DNA of 64,000 nucleotides. Origin: Atractiella rhizophila. Its lineage: Eukaryota. Each line of letters opens with the position of its first letter. Position 1 is the stretch's first letter. The translations under genes were made by a program, and so were the position numbers. The notes under the pieces were generated by a model. That model had not been told where the DNA came from. It saw only the letters and a program-made list of their open reading frames with translations, and made no database searches. The stretch covers positions 62,001-126,000 of the forward strand of contig MU271230.1 of NCBI GenBank assembly GCA_021432655.1, read 5' to 3'. Positions 1-14,300 of this stretch are shown here, piece after piece.

Positions 1-1580
1 ATGTTATCACTCCAGAGCAATATCCCAATTCGATCCACCTCTCCATTCTTCCCTCTTTCCTATCTCGTTTACCTCTCTCAATTCACACGCTTCGGATTTC
101 GTTTATTTTATCTCGTTCATTGGACTCAAATTGGGAGCCTGGAGAGATATCAAAATTGTCCTATTTATCACTTGAACGGGTCAAAAATGTTGTCCACAAT
201 GATGGAGCAATCAATCTTCACATTACTATCCACAATATCACAGTAACCGTTTCGGAAGAGCATGTGTTGGCATTCGAAAGAGTTGTCAAATCAGAGGTCG
301 ACCTGCTTGCTTCATATGGCGATCCATATCCTCGCACATTTCGCACATTTCCTTTCTGTCGCGAGAATGCCATATTTGCCCGCATAGCTGCATACTCAGA
401 ACATGAACGACACATCCTCCCCATGGGCGAGGACGAATCGCCATCCCTCCAATCCCTCCAATCCATCCACTCAGCTAGCATCATCCAACTCTCGGTCCCA
501 TGTCCAGGCGTTATTCCAGGCGCCATCTCACGCTTGCCCATCGAGCTCCTCTCTCTAATATTCAGTTTCTCCGACAAAGTTTCTACCCTCTCTGAAGTGT
601 GCAAGCTGTGGAGGGAAGCTTCAGTACCTTATTGGGATGAACCCAATTCTGTGGCGGAAAAGTATGAGCTGTTGAAAAGGTATCCTGGGGCCGGACGTCT
701 GTGGGACGGACGGGAATTTGACGAAGACATCGGTGTTGAGAAAGTGAAGGAGGTCATCGTCGGCTCGCCGAATCTCACAACTGTGTGGATGCGTGCATTT
801 TGGGATGAGGAGGAGGCGAAGATTGTGTTGAATGCAATTGAAGGCTTGAAACGGGTGGATGATGTCATGTTTGGAAGTGGTTCAAGAAAGTGGAGGAAGG
901 AGGAAATCGAGAACTTTACGCGGAGGATGGGTGACAGGATCAGATTGCTCAAAGTTGACGACGTGGAGGACTCTGCCGCTTCAACATCAGCAGGCATTCG
1001 CTTATCCTCTCAACTCGAATACCTACTCCTTCACAAGTACCCGCCTCTTCTATTCCTTTCCCTCCCACGCGCTGTCAAGCACCTCGCGCTCTCCAATATG
1101 TGTCCTCTCCCATCCTCCATCTCAGAGTCCCCTCTGCCGCCTCTTCTGGAACATATCACGATTGTGCTCGCCCCCTTCATTGCCGATGGAAAGACCTCCA
1201 TCCTACCCACTCCGCTCGATTTATCACATCTCACACACCTCACTCAGCTGATCCTCGACGGGGGCGAAGAAACGTCAAACCTCGTTTCCCGCGCGTTCTT
1301 CAGCACCCTCAAAAATGCAACTGCGATATTTCAGATAAGACTCGAACATTGTGTGGTGGATTCATTCGACTTCCCAGACTTCATCCCCTGGTTCTTTGGG
1401 GATCGGCGGGTGAGCGGACTCGAGATGGTTCATGCAGTGAACATGAAACTTGTTGTTTTGTTATTCTTTGGAGAGTGGCGCGAGGAGGACATCGCCTCTG
1501 CAAGGACGCTGATGGGGGAGTACACAAGCAGCAAGAGGTCAAGTGTTTCGGAGTCCGGGGAGCAGGAGAAGTACTGGTAG
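1..1580 (+). CDS. F-box + LRR-like protein with family-specific N-terminal domain (copy 1, 5' end outside window)
   Basis: Frame is open from base 3 (VITPEQYPNSIHLSILPSF...). F-box motif ISRLPIELLSLIFSF..LSEVCKLWREAS is followed by LRR-like repeats (LEYLLL, VKHLAL, LEHITI, LTQLIL). Paralogous to three other copies. Confidence 0.75.
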   Translation, partial: VITPEQYPNSIHLSILPSFLSRLPLSIHTLRISFILSRSLDSNWEPGEISKLSYLSLERVKNVVHNDGAINLHITIHNITVTVSEEHVLAFERVVKSEVDLLASYGDPYPRTFRTFPFCRENAIFARIAAYSEHERHILPMGEDESPSLQSLQSIHSASIIQLSVPCPGVIPGAISRLPIELLSLIFSFSDKVSTLSEVCKLWREASVPYWDEPNSVAEKYELLKRYPGAGRLWDGREFDEDIGVEKVKEVIVGSPNLTTVWMRAFWDEEEAKIVLNAIEGLKRVDDVMFGSGSRKWRKEEIENFTRRMGDRIRLLKVDDVEDSAASTSAGIRLSSQLEYLLLHKYPPLLFLSLPRAVKHLALSNMCPLPSSISESPLPPLLEHITIVLAPFIADGKTSILPTPLDLSHLTHLTQLILDGGEETSNLVSRAFFSTLKNATAIFQIRLEHCVVDSFDFPDFIPWFFGDRRVSGLEMVHAVNMKLVVLLFFGEWREEDIASARTLMGEYTSSKRSSVSESGEQEKYW

Positions 1581-2929
1581 TGGTACAAGGCATTGTTCCA
1601 TTCAGGCTTCAAATACGAGGCGGCTGGGTCAGACTCCAAACTCTCACATCACTCTCAGATGCCCAAGATTCAAGGAGGTGCGAGCGAACAAGAAAGCGAT
1701 CGCGAAGGGGGCTCGTGGATAGATTCGTGGTTCGGCCGTTGTTGAAGGTGAACAATGGTGACGCAATGGAAGGAGGATAGCATCCGCTTCGCCTATTGAT
1801 GGTTGGAACATCTATGTGGTTCCTTCCGATTGCATTACATCTGAGTTGAACAATGAAGAACGATTGAGAACAGAAAACTGCCTACAGCATGAACCAAGCT
1901 CTTTAGTTTGCTCTCTTGCCCGCCGCGCAAGAATCGGTCTCATGCAAGCTTTGTCAAAGCTTCCCTGCCAAAATGGGCGGCGAAGTGAGGAAGGGCAGCT
2001 AATTTGGAGATATCGCTTCTCATCCGATTGAGCCTGCGTTGACTTGAGATGAACAAGGCTTCCAGGCTTGGATATTGCCTGGATACGCAACATGCGAACT
2101 CTGTGCTCGATTAAAACGGAGGACGCCTCTTCTGTGACAGCAATTAGGTTTACAGCGTAAGATGGAATCGACGTGCATAGTTGTATATAGACATAACCAC
2201 GTCCAACAAGCCTCGCAGCTCAATTCTTCATCTTGGTGGTCTGATCAATGGCCTCCACCGTCAGACCTTCTCCAAAACCACTCTTTCCCTCCACGCTTAC
2301 CAGCTCCCTAAACTCGAAGAGGGGACTTACCCGCAGGAAGACTCTGCTTGAGCTTCTCTACCTTCTGGCCAGTAGCAAGCACAAGAGTGTAAAGGTAATT
2401 TGAACACCAGATCTTGAATTTGGCGACGGGTTCTGCGGAATTGAGGGCCTTGGACTTCTTGGTGGCAGAGTCGAATGAGGGTTTGGCGTTTGCGCGACAA
2501 TATGTGTGCTTTATGCGAGCGACTGATTGTGGTATCAGCGCTTGTGTTAGTAGGTGAGGGGAGGGAGGAAAGGACCTTTGGCATCCTTTCGTCGAGCAAT
2601 TTCGAGGGATGTGTGCTGGCGAATTCAGATTCCTATGCCCCATAGAAATGGCAAACACGAACTACTTTATGGCTTTGATTTCTCCTTCGTCGCTAGTCTA
2701 ATGTCAACACCAAACTCACAAGAGAGCAGAAGACTTACGAGGTTAACTTGGAGTCCGCAATCCTACAAAGGGTATGCACCGTACTGTCTAGTCCTCCCGA
2801 TTACTCCTCCTTCACTAATTTCGTCGTCCGCAGGACGTCCATGATGCTTGGAAGGGAATGACAGGTGAAGGAATGCAGCGGCTAACTTTGTAGCGGGATT
2901 GAATGACATCATTCAACTTGGAGTGGGAG

Positions 2930-5900
2930 TCGGCAATGTGTTGTAATGCTCAGCTCTTCCCTTCATTCCAATTTTGTCCAGCTAGGTCCACCATCCTTTC
3001 CCACAACGGAGCCTCCTCTTCATCCCTCACACCTCCCGATCTCAAAACTCTCCCCCGCACAAGCACGAACCACTCTTCGCTCACCAAGCCATCAATCCAC
3101 CTCTCCGCCTTGCATTCCATCTCCGCCACTCCCTCCGCTGTTGCCTTCACTAACCCTGAAGTACCACTACCCGACACATCACAGACTCTCAACGCACATT
3201 CGCAGTGGATCTACTCCCGTAGCGCAAGAGTAAATACCACGTCTCGCTCCCCGTCTTCCGTCTCCTTCCTCCTTCCTCTTATCCAGTAGAGCGGCAGGAG
3301 CAGTCCCAGAGACAGGTTGGTTGGAGCATGCGGCAGAGTGAAGACAGGGAGGGAGATGGGCTGATCGAAGGGGGTTCGGCTAGGTCGGTTCATGGTGGAG
3401 AAGGAGGGGGATGGTTTGTTTCAAGCAGGACGCATATCCTGAAGAGGAGGAGGGTGAGGACCGTAGGGGGTGCGGCGGTGGAGAGGTCGAAAACACATTC
3501 ACCACTGCCACCTCTCTGCTCTTCGGTCAGCGCGCCATCACATAACCACTCAACAGGTTCTCTGTTGGATTGGCACGAACGACCTTCCTCCGCTCCCCTG
3601 CTCCCTCCTTCCGCTTTTACACTTTGGCAGGAACACGTCGAGCGTCCATCAGTCGCCTTCGCTGTTCACCTCCAACTTCCTTAGCCAGCTAGCTGGAACA
3701 ATGTGGGGATATTCAGCAAATGGGATGCCTCCTCATTCTCTAATGTCCCGGTAAGGAGCGGTGACGCGCAAGATTTCGGAACGGAGGAGAAGGAGGAATC
3801 GGGCGTAGACGGGGACATGGAGAGCTGATGTCGAGGATATGGAGGATGAGAGGATGAGGATGATGATAGAAGAAGGGCCTGGAGGGACAAAGGGTTTCGA
3901 GATGAGAGGTGGCATGGGAGAGAGCCAGTGCTGCTTCTATCGGAACGAGGACTACTTAGGGAAGGTGATGAGATGAGACAAGGATTGCGTGAGCCTCTGG
4001 TTGCAGAGTAAGGATGTGGAGATGGAAGCGGAAAGGTCACGCGAATCGACTGTGTTGTGTGTCCTCTTTACTTTCAATTCTTTCCCGTCTACAGTGCTGA
4101 TTTCATACGATAAGATGAAGCAGGATGTGTGGCATTGTTGACACTCTGCTGCCATATCCAAATGGAGACTACTCCCACTTCCACGTCAGCAGTGCTGGCT
4201 GCCCCTAGAAATTCACATCTATTGTACCGTGATAGCATCAAGAGGCGACACCGTGGCTTGTATGCCTTCCTTTCATACGATAGGTGGAGGTTAACGACGG
4301 CAGCTGTACTCAGACACTCGACGAGCTGACCATCCGAAGGCGATTCGAACCGCTTCTGTTCAACTGAATCCCTTCCGCTTGCCAGTAGATCAGATTTGGG
4401 TAGCGTATCACCACCCAGCCTGACCGATATTCTCGCACCTGTGTATCCTTCCTTCCGGACCGTCTGGAGAGGGAGTGCTGGAGCAGAGTTGAATGAGTGT
4501 GGAAAGGCAGGCCCGGTAGCTCGCGTGGAGGGACGGAGAGTGGGTCGAACCACCTCGTTGACGAGGGAACAGGATTCATGGCTCTGAACTCACTAGAGGA
4601 TTCAATGACCAGTCGAAGGGAGACCATCCTCGATTCTGCTGGGAACATTACTCCTCGTCCCTCCACGGAGTCACAAACCAGCTTTATCCCAGTAACATAG
4701 CGAAGAAGCAGCTCGAGGTCTATAATGGATTTTGAACCAAGGATGTCGATAAGAGGAAGACGAAAAATGGGTGGATGGCCCTTGGAGACTTCTTTTTGAA
4801 GAGGTAGATGGAAGAGGATTGCGTGGAAGGACTTGGAAGGACAGTTCGAACATGCCTTATCGCTTAGAAAACCTTAGTATCTCAACCACTCGCTTCCATC
4901 CTAGGTCCTACTAAAAGGCAGCGGAAAGTGACGCGTTGCATGCATGTCGTCACGTCGGATTATTGCCATCGTCTTCCGTGTCCCCATTGGACTGCATCCC
5001 TTACCAAGACATGATCCTTGCGACGTTTGGAACAAGGTCAAACGGTTCGTTCTTCATCCTTCACACGAACCTCTGTTATAAACTGATTGCCCTCTCAGTC
5101 TTGAGGCATAAAACTTATGCTTATTTCCCTTCGAATAGCGGCATCGCTCATCGCTTCCCGACTTGACGCGAGGAAGAAGATAAGTTTGAATTCCATCTCG
5201 ATCGAGCGACGCTCTTCCTCCTCTCCTTCGACGAACGACCGCCTTCAGCAGCAACCGGAATACGTCAGAATCCCGCAGCGTCTTCCAGTTCACTTGCTTA
5301 GGACAGAAAAGAGGGAAGTGCGGGATGCAGAACGATGACCGAGAATCCACGCCTGGTCACGTAAGGCAGTATAGTTCGAAGGTGAATGAATAGATCATCG
5401 CCATCGCCTCCCTCGTTATCACCGTACTGCTCATTGTCTACCAAAGAAGACATCGTTGATGACCTCACCCCGTTTGCTAACAGGCTCAAAGAGTTCGTTC
5501 TCTTTCGTCCTTCACAGGAATCGATGGAAAGAATTGCTGGACGCAGAAAGATGACTGAGAATCCACGCCTGGTTATGTAAGGCAATGTAGTCTGAAGGTG
5601 AATGGAGGATGATGAGGGATGGAGCGGAGGATAACCGAAGTATGAAGGATATGGAGCAGTTAGGGATATATTGCTGAAGACGAAGGGCAAGAAAGAGAAA
5701 CGGAACAGTGAAGAGGGAGCAATTTGCTGGATGTCATTCGTGAGTAATTCAGACTACAATATCTTGTAAGCACACTTCTCTCAACCCAAACTGAGACTGA
5801 TATTTCCTCTTCGCGGCCTTCTTCTAATGTGCCAAATGGCGCGAACCTCTCAACTCTACCATCTCTCCTCTTGTCCTCTGATTGGCCTTCTATCCACACG

Positions 5901-5970
5901 GTAATCACTGCGGCATTCATTATCATGTTCCCTTCCTCCTCTAGCAGTTTGTGAACAACGACTGCAGGCG
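2930..5970. repeat. Diverged segmental duplication, copy A (partner ~11380-14760)
   Basis: Colinear matching blocks: GCACAAGCACGA(A)CCACTCTTCGCT at 3056/11531, TGACCATCCGAAGGC at ~4327/12741, ATCGRGCGAC..TTCCTCCTCTCCTT at 5201/14221. Ends are approximate. Confidence 0.7.
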
Positions 5971-6483
5971 AGGGAGGAGTATGTGTTCATGACTGGAGCT
6001 ACGTAATCTTTGGCAGCTAGGTCCGGCGTCCGTTCCCCACATCCACCGCTTGAATGACTTCTTACATTCTTAGAGTGACCCTCTGCGCATAATATCGTGA
6101 AAGACTCCCGAAGTCCAAGTTTTCCGCCTCATATAACAACACACTTCCAAGTTTCCGCCTCATATAACAACGCACTTCTATTGTCAAGAACAAACGATCC
6201 ATCCGTCTCCCCATTCTCCTTCATTCTCCAAAGAACTTGTTCATCTAGGTAATCTCGCTGCTCGGTGGACCTTTGTCGCCAAAATCATGATCTCGGTTGT
6301 CAGGATGGAAAGCAGGATGGAAAGCAAGATAAGAAGGAAGAAGAGAAGAGTGATTTTGAGGAGAAGGCTGACGATGAGGATGGTAAAGGCTTGTGATGCG
6401 ATTAAGGCACAATTTATTCTCCACCTTCAGCTTTCTTCTCTAACATGGATTATGCGGAGTAGTCTGCAGTCTCCTCTCAAAAG

Positions 6484-7410
6484 ATGAAGGCTCTGGTCCT
6501 CTCTCAAAAGATGAAGGCTCTGGTCCATGTCATCACCCCAGCGAACTATCCGGATTCAGTTCACCTCTCCATTCTTCCCTCTTTCCTAGTTCACCTACCT
6601 CCATCAATTCACACGCTCCGGATTTCATTTGTCTTTTCTCGTTCATCGCGCCGGTATTGGAAACCGTCCTCAAAATTGTCTAATTTATCACTTGAACGGC
6701 TCAAAGATGTAGTTGACAAGGGTGGTGTAATCAACTTTTGCATTACCATCACCCGTGAAAATGTCACAGTAACCTTTTTGGAGGTTGAAGGGCATCTATT
6801 GGCTGTCAAAAGAGCTATCAAAACGGCTTCGCGTGATTCACATGGCGACCAGTATTGTTATTCTTTCATATTTCCTCGTGTTCACGAGAATGCTATATTC
6901 GCCCCCATAGCCTCATACTCCCAACACGAAGGGTGCTTCATTCCCATCAGTGGCGACAATTTGTCAGCCCTCCCATCCCTCTGGACAGCTGGCATTATCC
7001 AACTCTCCATCCCACCTCCAGATATTACTCTATGCTCAATCTCACGCTTGCCTGTGGAGCTCCTCTCTTTCATATTCAGTTTCTTCGACGATGTTTCCAC
7101 CGTTTCTGATGTATGCAAACTCTGGAAAGCCGTTGCAGTTCCCTACTGGCTTGAACCTGGTTCTGTGGAGGAAAAGTATGAGTTGTTGAAAAGCTATCCT
7201 GGTGCTGGACGTCTGTGGGACGGACTGTGGTTTGGCGAAAGTAAGGATGTTGGGATGGTGAAAGAGGTCATCGCAGGCTCCCCCAATGTTACGAAAGTGG
7301 AGATGTATGCATTTTGGAATGAAGAGGACGCGAGTCTTGTGTTGAATGCAATTGAAGGCTTGAAACAGGTGGATGACGTACAGTCTCCATCTCTGTCTCT
7401 GCCACGATAA
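6484..7410 (+). pseudogene. F-box family copy 2, truncated before most of the LRR region
   Basis: Aligns to copy 1 up to ...EGLKQVDDV (~7380), then unrelated sequence and a stop. A 27-bp tandem duplication lies at the start. Confidence 0.7.
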
Positions 7411-8266
7411 GATGTCCCAGCTTCCTATTTCGCTCAGGTCAAACCTGGCCAAGTTGTTTGTGGACGGAGTTGCGGCCGCTACCATGTGTTTCGATTATTT
7501 GGCTCTTCAGATCATTGACAGCAACACATCAATCAATATGCAATTTACCTGTGTAGTAGCTCCTGGAGCTCCCTCCATTCAGGCCTGATCAGGGCCAACA
7601 TGTCATCTGAACATTCTCCCGAACACTCGTACATCGAGGGATCAACTGGCTCTTCCCTCCCTGTCCTCCGCCAGCCCACCACCTATTCTCTCCGCGACGC
7701 ACCGAAAGCGGCTTCAATCAGTACTTCTCTTCCTCAGGACAATTCGTGAAGTAGCTCGACTTGCTATGGTCGTGTGTAGGAAGCCAAGAGTATTGAACCA
7801 CGGGATCTAGGTACGGACCTGCCCATCCACCCATTAAACAACTTGACCAATCTAGGTAAGTCCGCTTGCTCTGCTTGGATCGCTTGTTCATTAATCAAAG
7901 AAGGTCGTTTCTCCATGCCCAACACGAACCAGACGGTCGTCCTGCTGAAGTCCGAGTTCTCCACATCACATATTAAAGCAGGCAACGTCCTTCAATCCCC
8001 CAACTCCAAACGATACATCGATCTTGCCTTTCACCTTGATTATCCCACAAACTATTCGTCAAAGCAGTCTCACAGCTCACAGTTTGGACCTCGGCTCATT
8101 CTCGTCAAGCTTCGTCACAGTTTCGATCCCGTCAAGATGAGGAGGAGGTAAGGAGGAGGTTGACCCCTGCTGATGACACCATCCAGGCATGATTTCATCT
8201 CCAACTTCGGCTTTCTTCTCATCTAACATGGGTTATGGGTTCTAGTTTGCTGCCTCTTCTCGAAGA

Positions 8267-9928
8267 ATGACGGAGGAGCAAACAGCTGGCCTTTGCCATG
8301 GCTCTCAAGAACCAAACTCGAGAGCACTTGTCCATGTCATCACCCCTAGTTATGTGCCCGATTGGATTCACCTCTCCATTCTCCCCTCTTTCCTATCTTG
8401 CCTACCTCCGTCAATTCACACGCTCCGGATTTCGTTTGCCTTATCGCCATCATTGGGGAGGCGGGACCTTGTAGAGATGTCATCAAAATTGTCTCATTTA
8501 TCACTTGAACGGGTAGAGAATGCGGTCTACAAGGACGGTGCAATTAATCTTCACATTATCGTCAACAGGAAAAGTGTGTCAGTGACATTTTTGGATGTTG
8601 AAGGGCATGCGCCGACTGTCGAAGAAGATGCCGAATCAGATGTCGACTCGCTTGCATCAGATGGCGATCTATATACTCACACATTTCCTTTCTTTCGCGA
8701 GAATGCCATATTTGCCCCTATTGCCTCATACTCCAAACATAAACACTGCTTCATCCCCATCGGTGACGACGAATCGTCAACCGTCCCATCCCTAGGGACA
8801 GCTATCATCTTCCAACTCTCTGTCCCACCTCCAAATGTTATTCCCTGCACCATCTCACGCTTACCTATCGAGCTCCTCTCTCTCATATTCAGTTTCTACC
8901 ACTCGGACGCTTCCATCCTCTCTAAAGTGTGCCAGCTCTGGAGCGATGTTTCAGTTCCTTATTTGAAGGAACCTCGTCACGGTGCTGTGGCAGAAATGTA
9001 TGCGTGTTGACACGCTATCCAGGTGGGACGTCTGTGGGAAGGACTGGATTTTGATGAAAGGATGGATATTGGGATGGCGAAAGAGCTCATCGCAGTCTAA
9101 CCGAAAGCGACGACGGTGTGGATGCGTGCATTTTGGAATGAAGAGGAGGTGAAGATTGTGTTGAATGCGATCGAAGGCTTGAAACGGGTGGATGACGTCA
9201 CGTTTGCACGGTGGGGTTGGAGAAAGTGGAGGAAGGAGGAGATCGAGAACTTTATGCGGAGGATGGGTGACAGGATCAGACGGCTCGAGGCTCATGACGT
9301 GGAGGATTCTCCCACTTCAGCCTCAGCAGGTCTTCACTTATCTTCTCGCCTCGAATACCTAAAACTGGGAAAGTACCCGCCTCTGCCATCGCTCTCCCTC
9401 CCACATACCCTCAAGGACCTCACACTCTCCCATATGTGTCCACTCCCTTCCTCCATGTTAGACTACCCTCTGCCACCTCTTCTGGAATATCTCACCATCA
9501 ACCTCGCCCCATTCCCATTCTCTGCCGATGGAAAGACCTCCATCCTACCTACTCCGCTCGACTTATCACACCTCACACACCTTACTTACCTAATGCTCAA
9601 CGGGGGCGAAGAAACGGCAAATCTCGTTTCTCGCCAATTCTTCAGCACCCTCAAAAATGCAACGGCGATACGGGTGATATCGCTCGCATACTGTGTAGTG
9701 GACTCGTTCGACTGCCCAGACTTCATCCACTGGTTCTTTGGAGATTGGCGGGTGAGGGGAGGTGAGAAGGGGGATTGTGTTAATGGAAAGGCGATAGGGT
9801 GGGACCTTAAGGTTCGTTTATTCTTTGGAGAGTGGAGCGAGGAGGAGATCGTGATTGCGAGGAGTGTGATGGGAAAGTACAAAGGCTCCTCGTCAGGCAT
9901 TTGGGAGCCTGGGGAGGGAGGGGAATAG
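8267..9928 (+). pseudogene. F-box/LRR family copy 3, frameshifted or stopped at ~8980-9110
   Basis: Two ORFs (8267-9010, 9116-9928) together align to the full length of copy 1. Confidence 0.75.
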
Positions 9929-10829
9929 TGTAGAAGGCACATTCTGATTCAGGGTCCGGACATCTGGAGCTACTGGATCAGACTCCGGACTCTCACATCG
10001 CTCCTAGCACCCCATGATTGATGGAGGTGGCCGTGAACAGGAAAGAGTTTGCGAGGGGGACTTGTGCACTTGTTTCGCTAGCCAGGCAAATGCCTAGATT
10101 ACAATTGGGAGGATCCCACTAGGGCACCCCGACGTTCAAATGATTGTTAATTACTCGTTGACAAAATGTACAACGAAGGATTTCTGAAAGGAAGTCCTTT
10201 GGACTGTGAATAATATGATCTACAGGAGAAAGCAAAAAGAAGAGGCCTCTCATAAGTTCAGTCAATGCCAAAGCTGGCCATTTAGCGCTGCCTTCAGCAC
10301 ATTGGAGATGAACTCATTCATACTCAGCTCGGAACTCCAAATTCGAACCCTCCTCTGGTGACTTCCTCAACACGTCCCTCCCAACCCCGAACACCTTCAG
10401 CACAGTCATCACCTCTTCCACCCCATTTTTCTTCCATACATCTGCTATGGCCAAATGATTGAGCGGCAGGAATTTAACGCGATACACCACCACATCTTTT
10501 GAGCTTCTGTTTCTTTTCGACGGAACAAGTGCCTTTGGAGAATTCTAGGTCCGCTTCTGTAAGCCTGCATGGAACGATTGTTGATAAAGCTGCTGGACTA
10601 GGTGATGCAAAAGAGTGGGGATGCTAGATGTCATTGGAGAGGATGAAGGGGAGAATCGGAGAGGAGGGATGGTCCGCAGCGGTGGCCGCTCTACTTCATC
10701 TGCATCTGTAAGCAATTGTCAATCCAATCTTCTGAATGGTAGAACATAAAATACCATCGTAGAGAAAGAAAGGAGCAGGTTTACCTTGATTGATGTCTCT
10801 CTGTGCCAGACCCTCCACCACAGTAGTGT

Positions 10830-11260
10830 TTCCGAATCCAGGTTCCCATGACAGCAAATTATTCATTGCACTCCTACACAAAATCCTAACCACCATCCCT
10901 TCTAAGGATCACATCCAGCTTTCCCTTCGCCACAAGCGAGGGAATTCAACCGCATTCTTATTGACAGCATCAAACCCATCCTCCGCTGTCTTCTTCCAGC
11001 TTTCGACACCCTTACCGTCTCTGGCCTCTAGTCACACGTGGGGATCATGCAGTGCTCTGTATTGTCACTGACTCGCTTCAGAGAAAGGTGAGGCATGTGG
11101 AGGAGAATGGCGACAGAAGACGCCCCTAAGAGTCGGTGTGGCACTGGAGTCAGTACAATACGGGGAAGGAGCTCGAAGGAGCGAAATAGGGATGGAAGCC
11201 AGAGGAAGATCGGGGGGGAGGGGGTGAATGGAGTGGCTAACTGGAATGCACGTAAATGCA
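10830..11260. repeat. Diverged duplicate of ~15140-15560
   Basis: Shared AACCCATCCTCCGCYGTCTTCKTCCAGCTTTCGACACC, GGGATCATGCAGTG and GGGGAAGGAGCTCGAAGGAG blocks. Confidence 0.65.
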
Positions 11261-11379
11261 TCGATTACGTCACTCAACTTGAAGTCGAGACAGGAACATG
11301 GGAGAGTGCTAAAATGACGGTATTCGGGTATGGTCTGTTCTTTTTAGCAGCACTCTGTTCTCACCTTTCATGCCGCTTT

Positions 11380-14300
11380 GTCTGGCCAGGTTCACCATTT
11401 GCTGCTCACACTAACGAAGCACCATTCAAACTACAACCTGCTCCACCGTGACTGCACTCCTCCTCATCTCCGGTCACGCCACACCTCTTCATCCCCTCAC
11501 ATCCCGATGCCTTGCAACCGCTCTCGCCCTGCACAAGCACGACCACTCTTCGCTTCCTCTCCAATCACCATCCTCACAACACTTACATCCCCACCTCCGC
11601 CTTCTCCGCCTCCGCTGTAGCCTTCACGTAGCACCACCTGACCTACTGCGCAGGCTCCCACCCTGCGTTCGAATGGACTCGCTCGGGGTGCGCGGGAGAG
11701 CGTCAACCCTCCCTCCACTTCCCTCTCCTTCCACCTTTCACTTTTTCCAGAGTGAACGGCTGGAGTTGTCCAGCGGACAGGTCGGTTCAGAGGACACTTC
11801 AACGGAGGAATGAGAGGGAGGTGGGTTGGTCGAAGGTTTCGTGGCCTAGAAGGGACAGCTGGTAGCAGACGATGATTTATTTACCGCCTATGCCTTTTCT
11901 GAGGAGAAGGGTGAGGACAGTAGGCGTGGTACGGAGCACTGGAGAGTGGTCAAAACACCAATTACCAACCGTATGTCTGCTCTTCCTAGCTGCAGGGCAT
12001 CACGTAACCACGCAACAGGTTCTCTGGCAGGAATTTGGCATGGCATGGGCGACTCCCTGCTCCAAACCATCCTCTACACCGCAAATCCTGTCCATCCCTC
12101 TCCTCCCGGCTCGTTCCACTTCGTCTGCGCCATTCACCTCCTATCTCCCCCGCTGGCTCGCTGGCTCACTAGCACCACTCAGGATATTCGGAAAGCGCAC
12201 GCTTCCTCATTCTCTAATATCTTTGTCAGGGTGATGATGGCAAGGTTATGGAATGGGGGGGGGAGAATGCATGGAAAGCTGGAGGGAAATAGAGAACTGA
12301 TGTCTTGGAAATGGGAGGAAGACAGTCTCGAGCAGGAAAGGAGTCTGGAGGGGGGTTGGCATGGGAGAGAGCCGGTGCTGTTTCAAGGCCTAGAGAGCTG
12401 ATATTATGATGAAATTAGTACTGGGTGGATGGCTGATTCCCAAATCAGGGATCGGGAGATGGAGCAGGTAAAGTGGCGCAAATTGACTTCGATGTGCGTC
12501 TTCCATGTGGATCCCATGCGGATGCGATGGAGAAAGACGAGGGAGTTGACATTGTTGAAGCTCTGGTGCCCCATCCAAAGCGGGACATTCGCCACCTTCT
12601 TGTCAGCAGTGGTGGCTGCCCACAGAATATTCAATCTGTTGAAAGGTGGTGTATCGAACGACGAAACCACAGTGTGTATGCCTTCCTTTCCTAAGCAGGG
12701 GAGATTGATGATGACGATTTAATTCAGGCACTGGCCAAATTGACCATCCGAAGGCAATTCGAGAGATGTACACTTTGTGCTCCCATCAAGGTTCGAGAGA
12801 ATACCACACATGAAACGCACAACTACCATATGCCAACCTCACCAGAACGGAGGACTTGCCTGCCATGCCAGTTATAATGCCTTTCAATCGCCTCTCGCTA
12901 TCATTATCACCAATACCGTGAGGTTATAGAACACTCCCTTTTCTCCATCGCTGACTCGCTTTTGTCAGCCCCTTTCACCTCCTTTATCAAAGTGTTATCC
13001 TTGCCTGGATTGCAGTCTTCTTGTCAGGTCTTCATTGCTGTTACTCTGCTAATAGATTCAGAGACTGATGTTGCATGTATTAGGATCAGTTCTTGACGAC
13101 TGTACGTCCTTATCCTCCTCTCTCCTATTACCTCTCCATCCACCCTCACCAAGCCATGTGTTGACCATAGAACAAAATTGTCATGCAACTCACGCCTTTG
13201 CTGACGGCCTCTGTTCCACTTATGACCCTCTCCGACATACGCGACAGGTCCCAAGCTTAAACACGGACATATTAGAAGCTAGCTACACCTACACAGGGCG
13301 CCCCAAATCAATCGATTCTCCCTGATCCAACGACACGCTGTGCTCCTGACTGAATCCTTTCGGCTTAGGAGTAGATAAGATTTAGTTAGCGCCATGCCAC
13401 TTACCGCCGCCAACCTTCCTGAACTTGCTCCCTCTTACAAACCATCTGCAGGGGGGGTGCCGGATTGGAGTTGGAGAGTCCGAGGATCCATGAGAAGGGA
13501 GAGCTATCGAATGGGGAGACGGAGAATGTGGCGGAATCCTTCACCGTTGAAGGAAGGAGCGGGTTATCGTGGTTCCCACCTTGCAGGAGCATTCGATCGG
13601 ATAGTTGGAGGCAAATCTACCTTCGAATCTGCTGGCAGTAGCAATTTCGTTCCTCTACGTACTCACACAGGACAGAGACTAAGATCCCGACGTGTACACG
13701 ATGCTGAACAAGATTTATCCGAGTAACGTGACGAGGAAGCAGGGTGAGGTGGGTAGAGTTTTGTAATAACGGTATCCATATCGAGAGGAGACCGAAGAAT
13801 GAGTATACGTTCTTTGGAGATTCTTTGGAGTGGGGGAGGGAGAAGGATTCTGTGGAATGCCTTTGGAATGACGCTCGAAAATGGCTTACCACTTGGAAAT
13901 AACTTAGTATGTCAACCTCATCCGTCGCCCCTATCCCTATGTCCTACAAACCGATGCTGAAGGTTTGCATGTGTCAGAATGGATCATCGCTATCTTCATC
14001 TTCTTCTTTGTGATCAGACTGTTTTGTCATCTACCAAGGAGACAGTGTCGATAGCCTCACACCGGGAACAGGCCAAAACAGTTCGCCCTTCGCAAGAATC
14101 TCGGGCAGTTACTGATTGTTCCTTACTCCTAGTCGTCGAGACGATAATATTATGCACATTAAGTTTCAAGCGACTCCACAGTTTCCGGACTTGATTGATA
14201 AAGATGACTTTGGAGTCTCGATCGGGCGACATCCTTCCTCCTCTCCTTTGACTAACAATCGTCCTCGAGACAGAAGCGACAAATGCGTCAGAATCCTTTG

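Noticed and set aside
218..1780. Antisense and alternative-frame ORFs recurring over each F-box copy
   Set aside because: Shadows of the conserved sense ORF.
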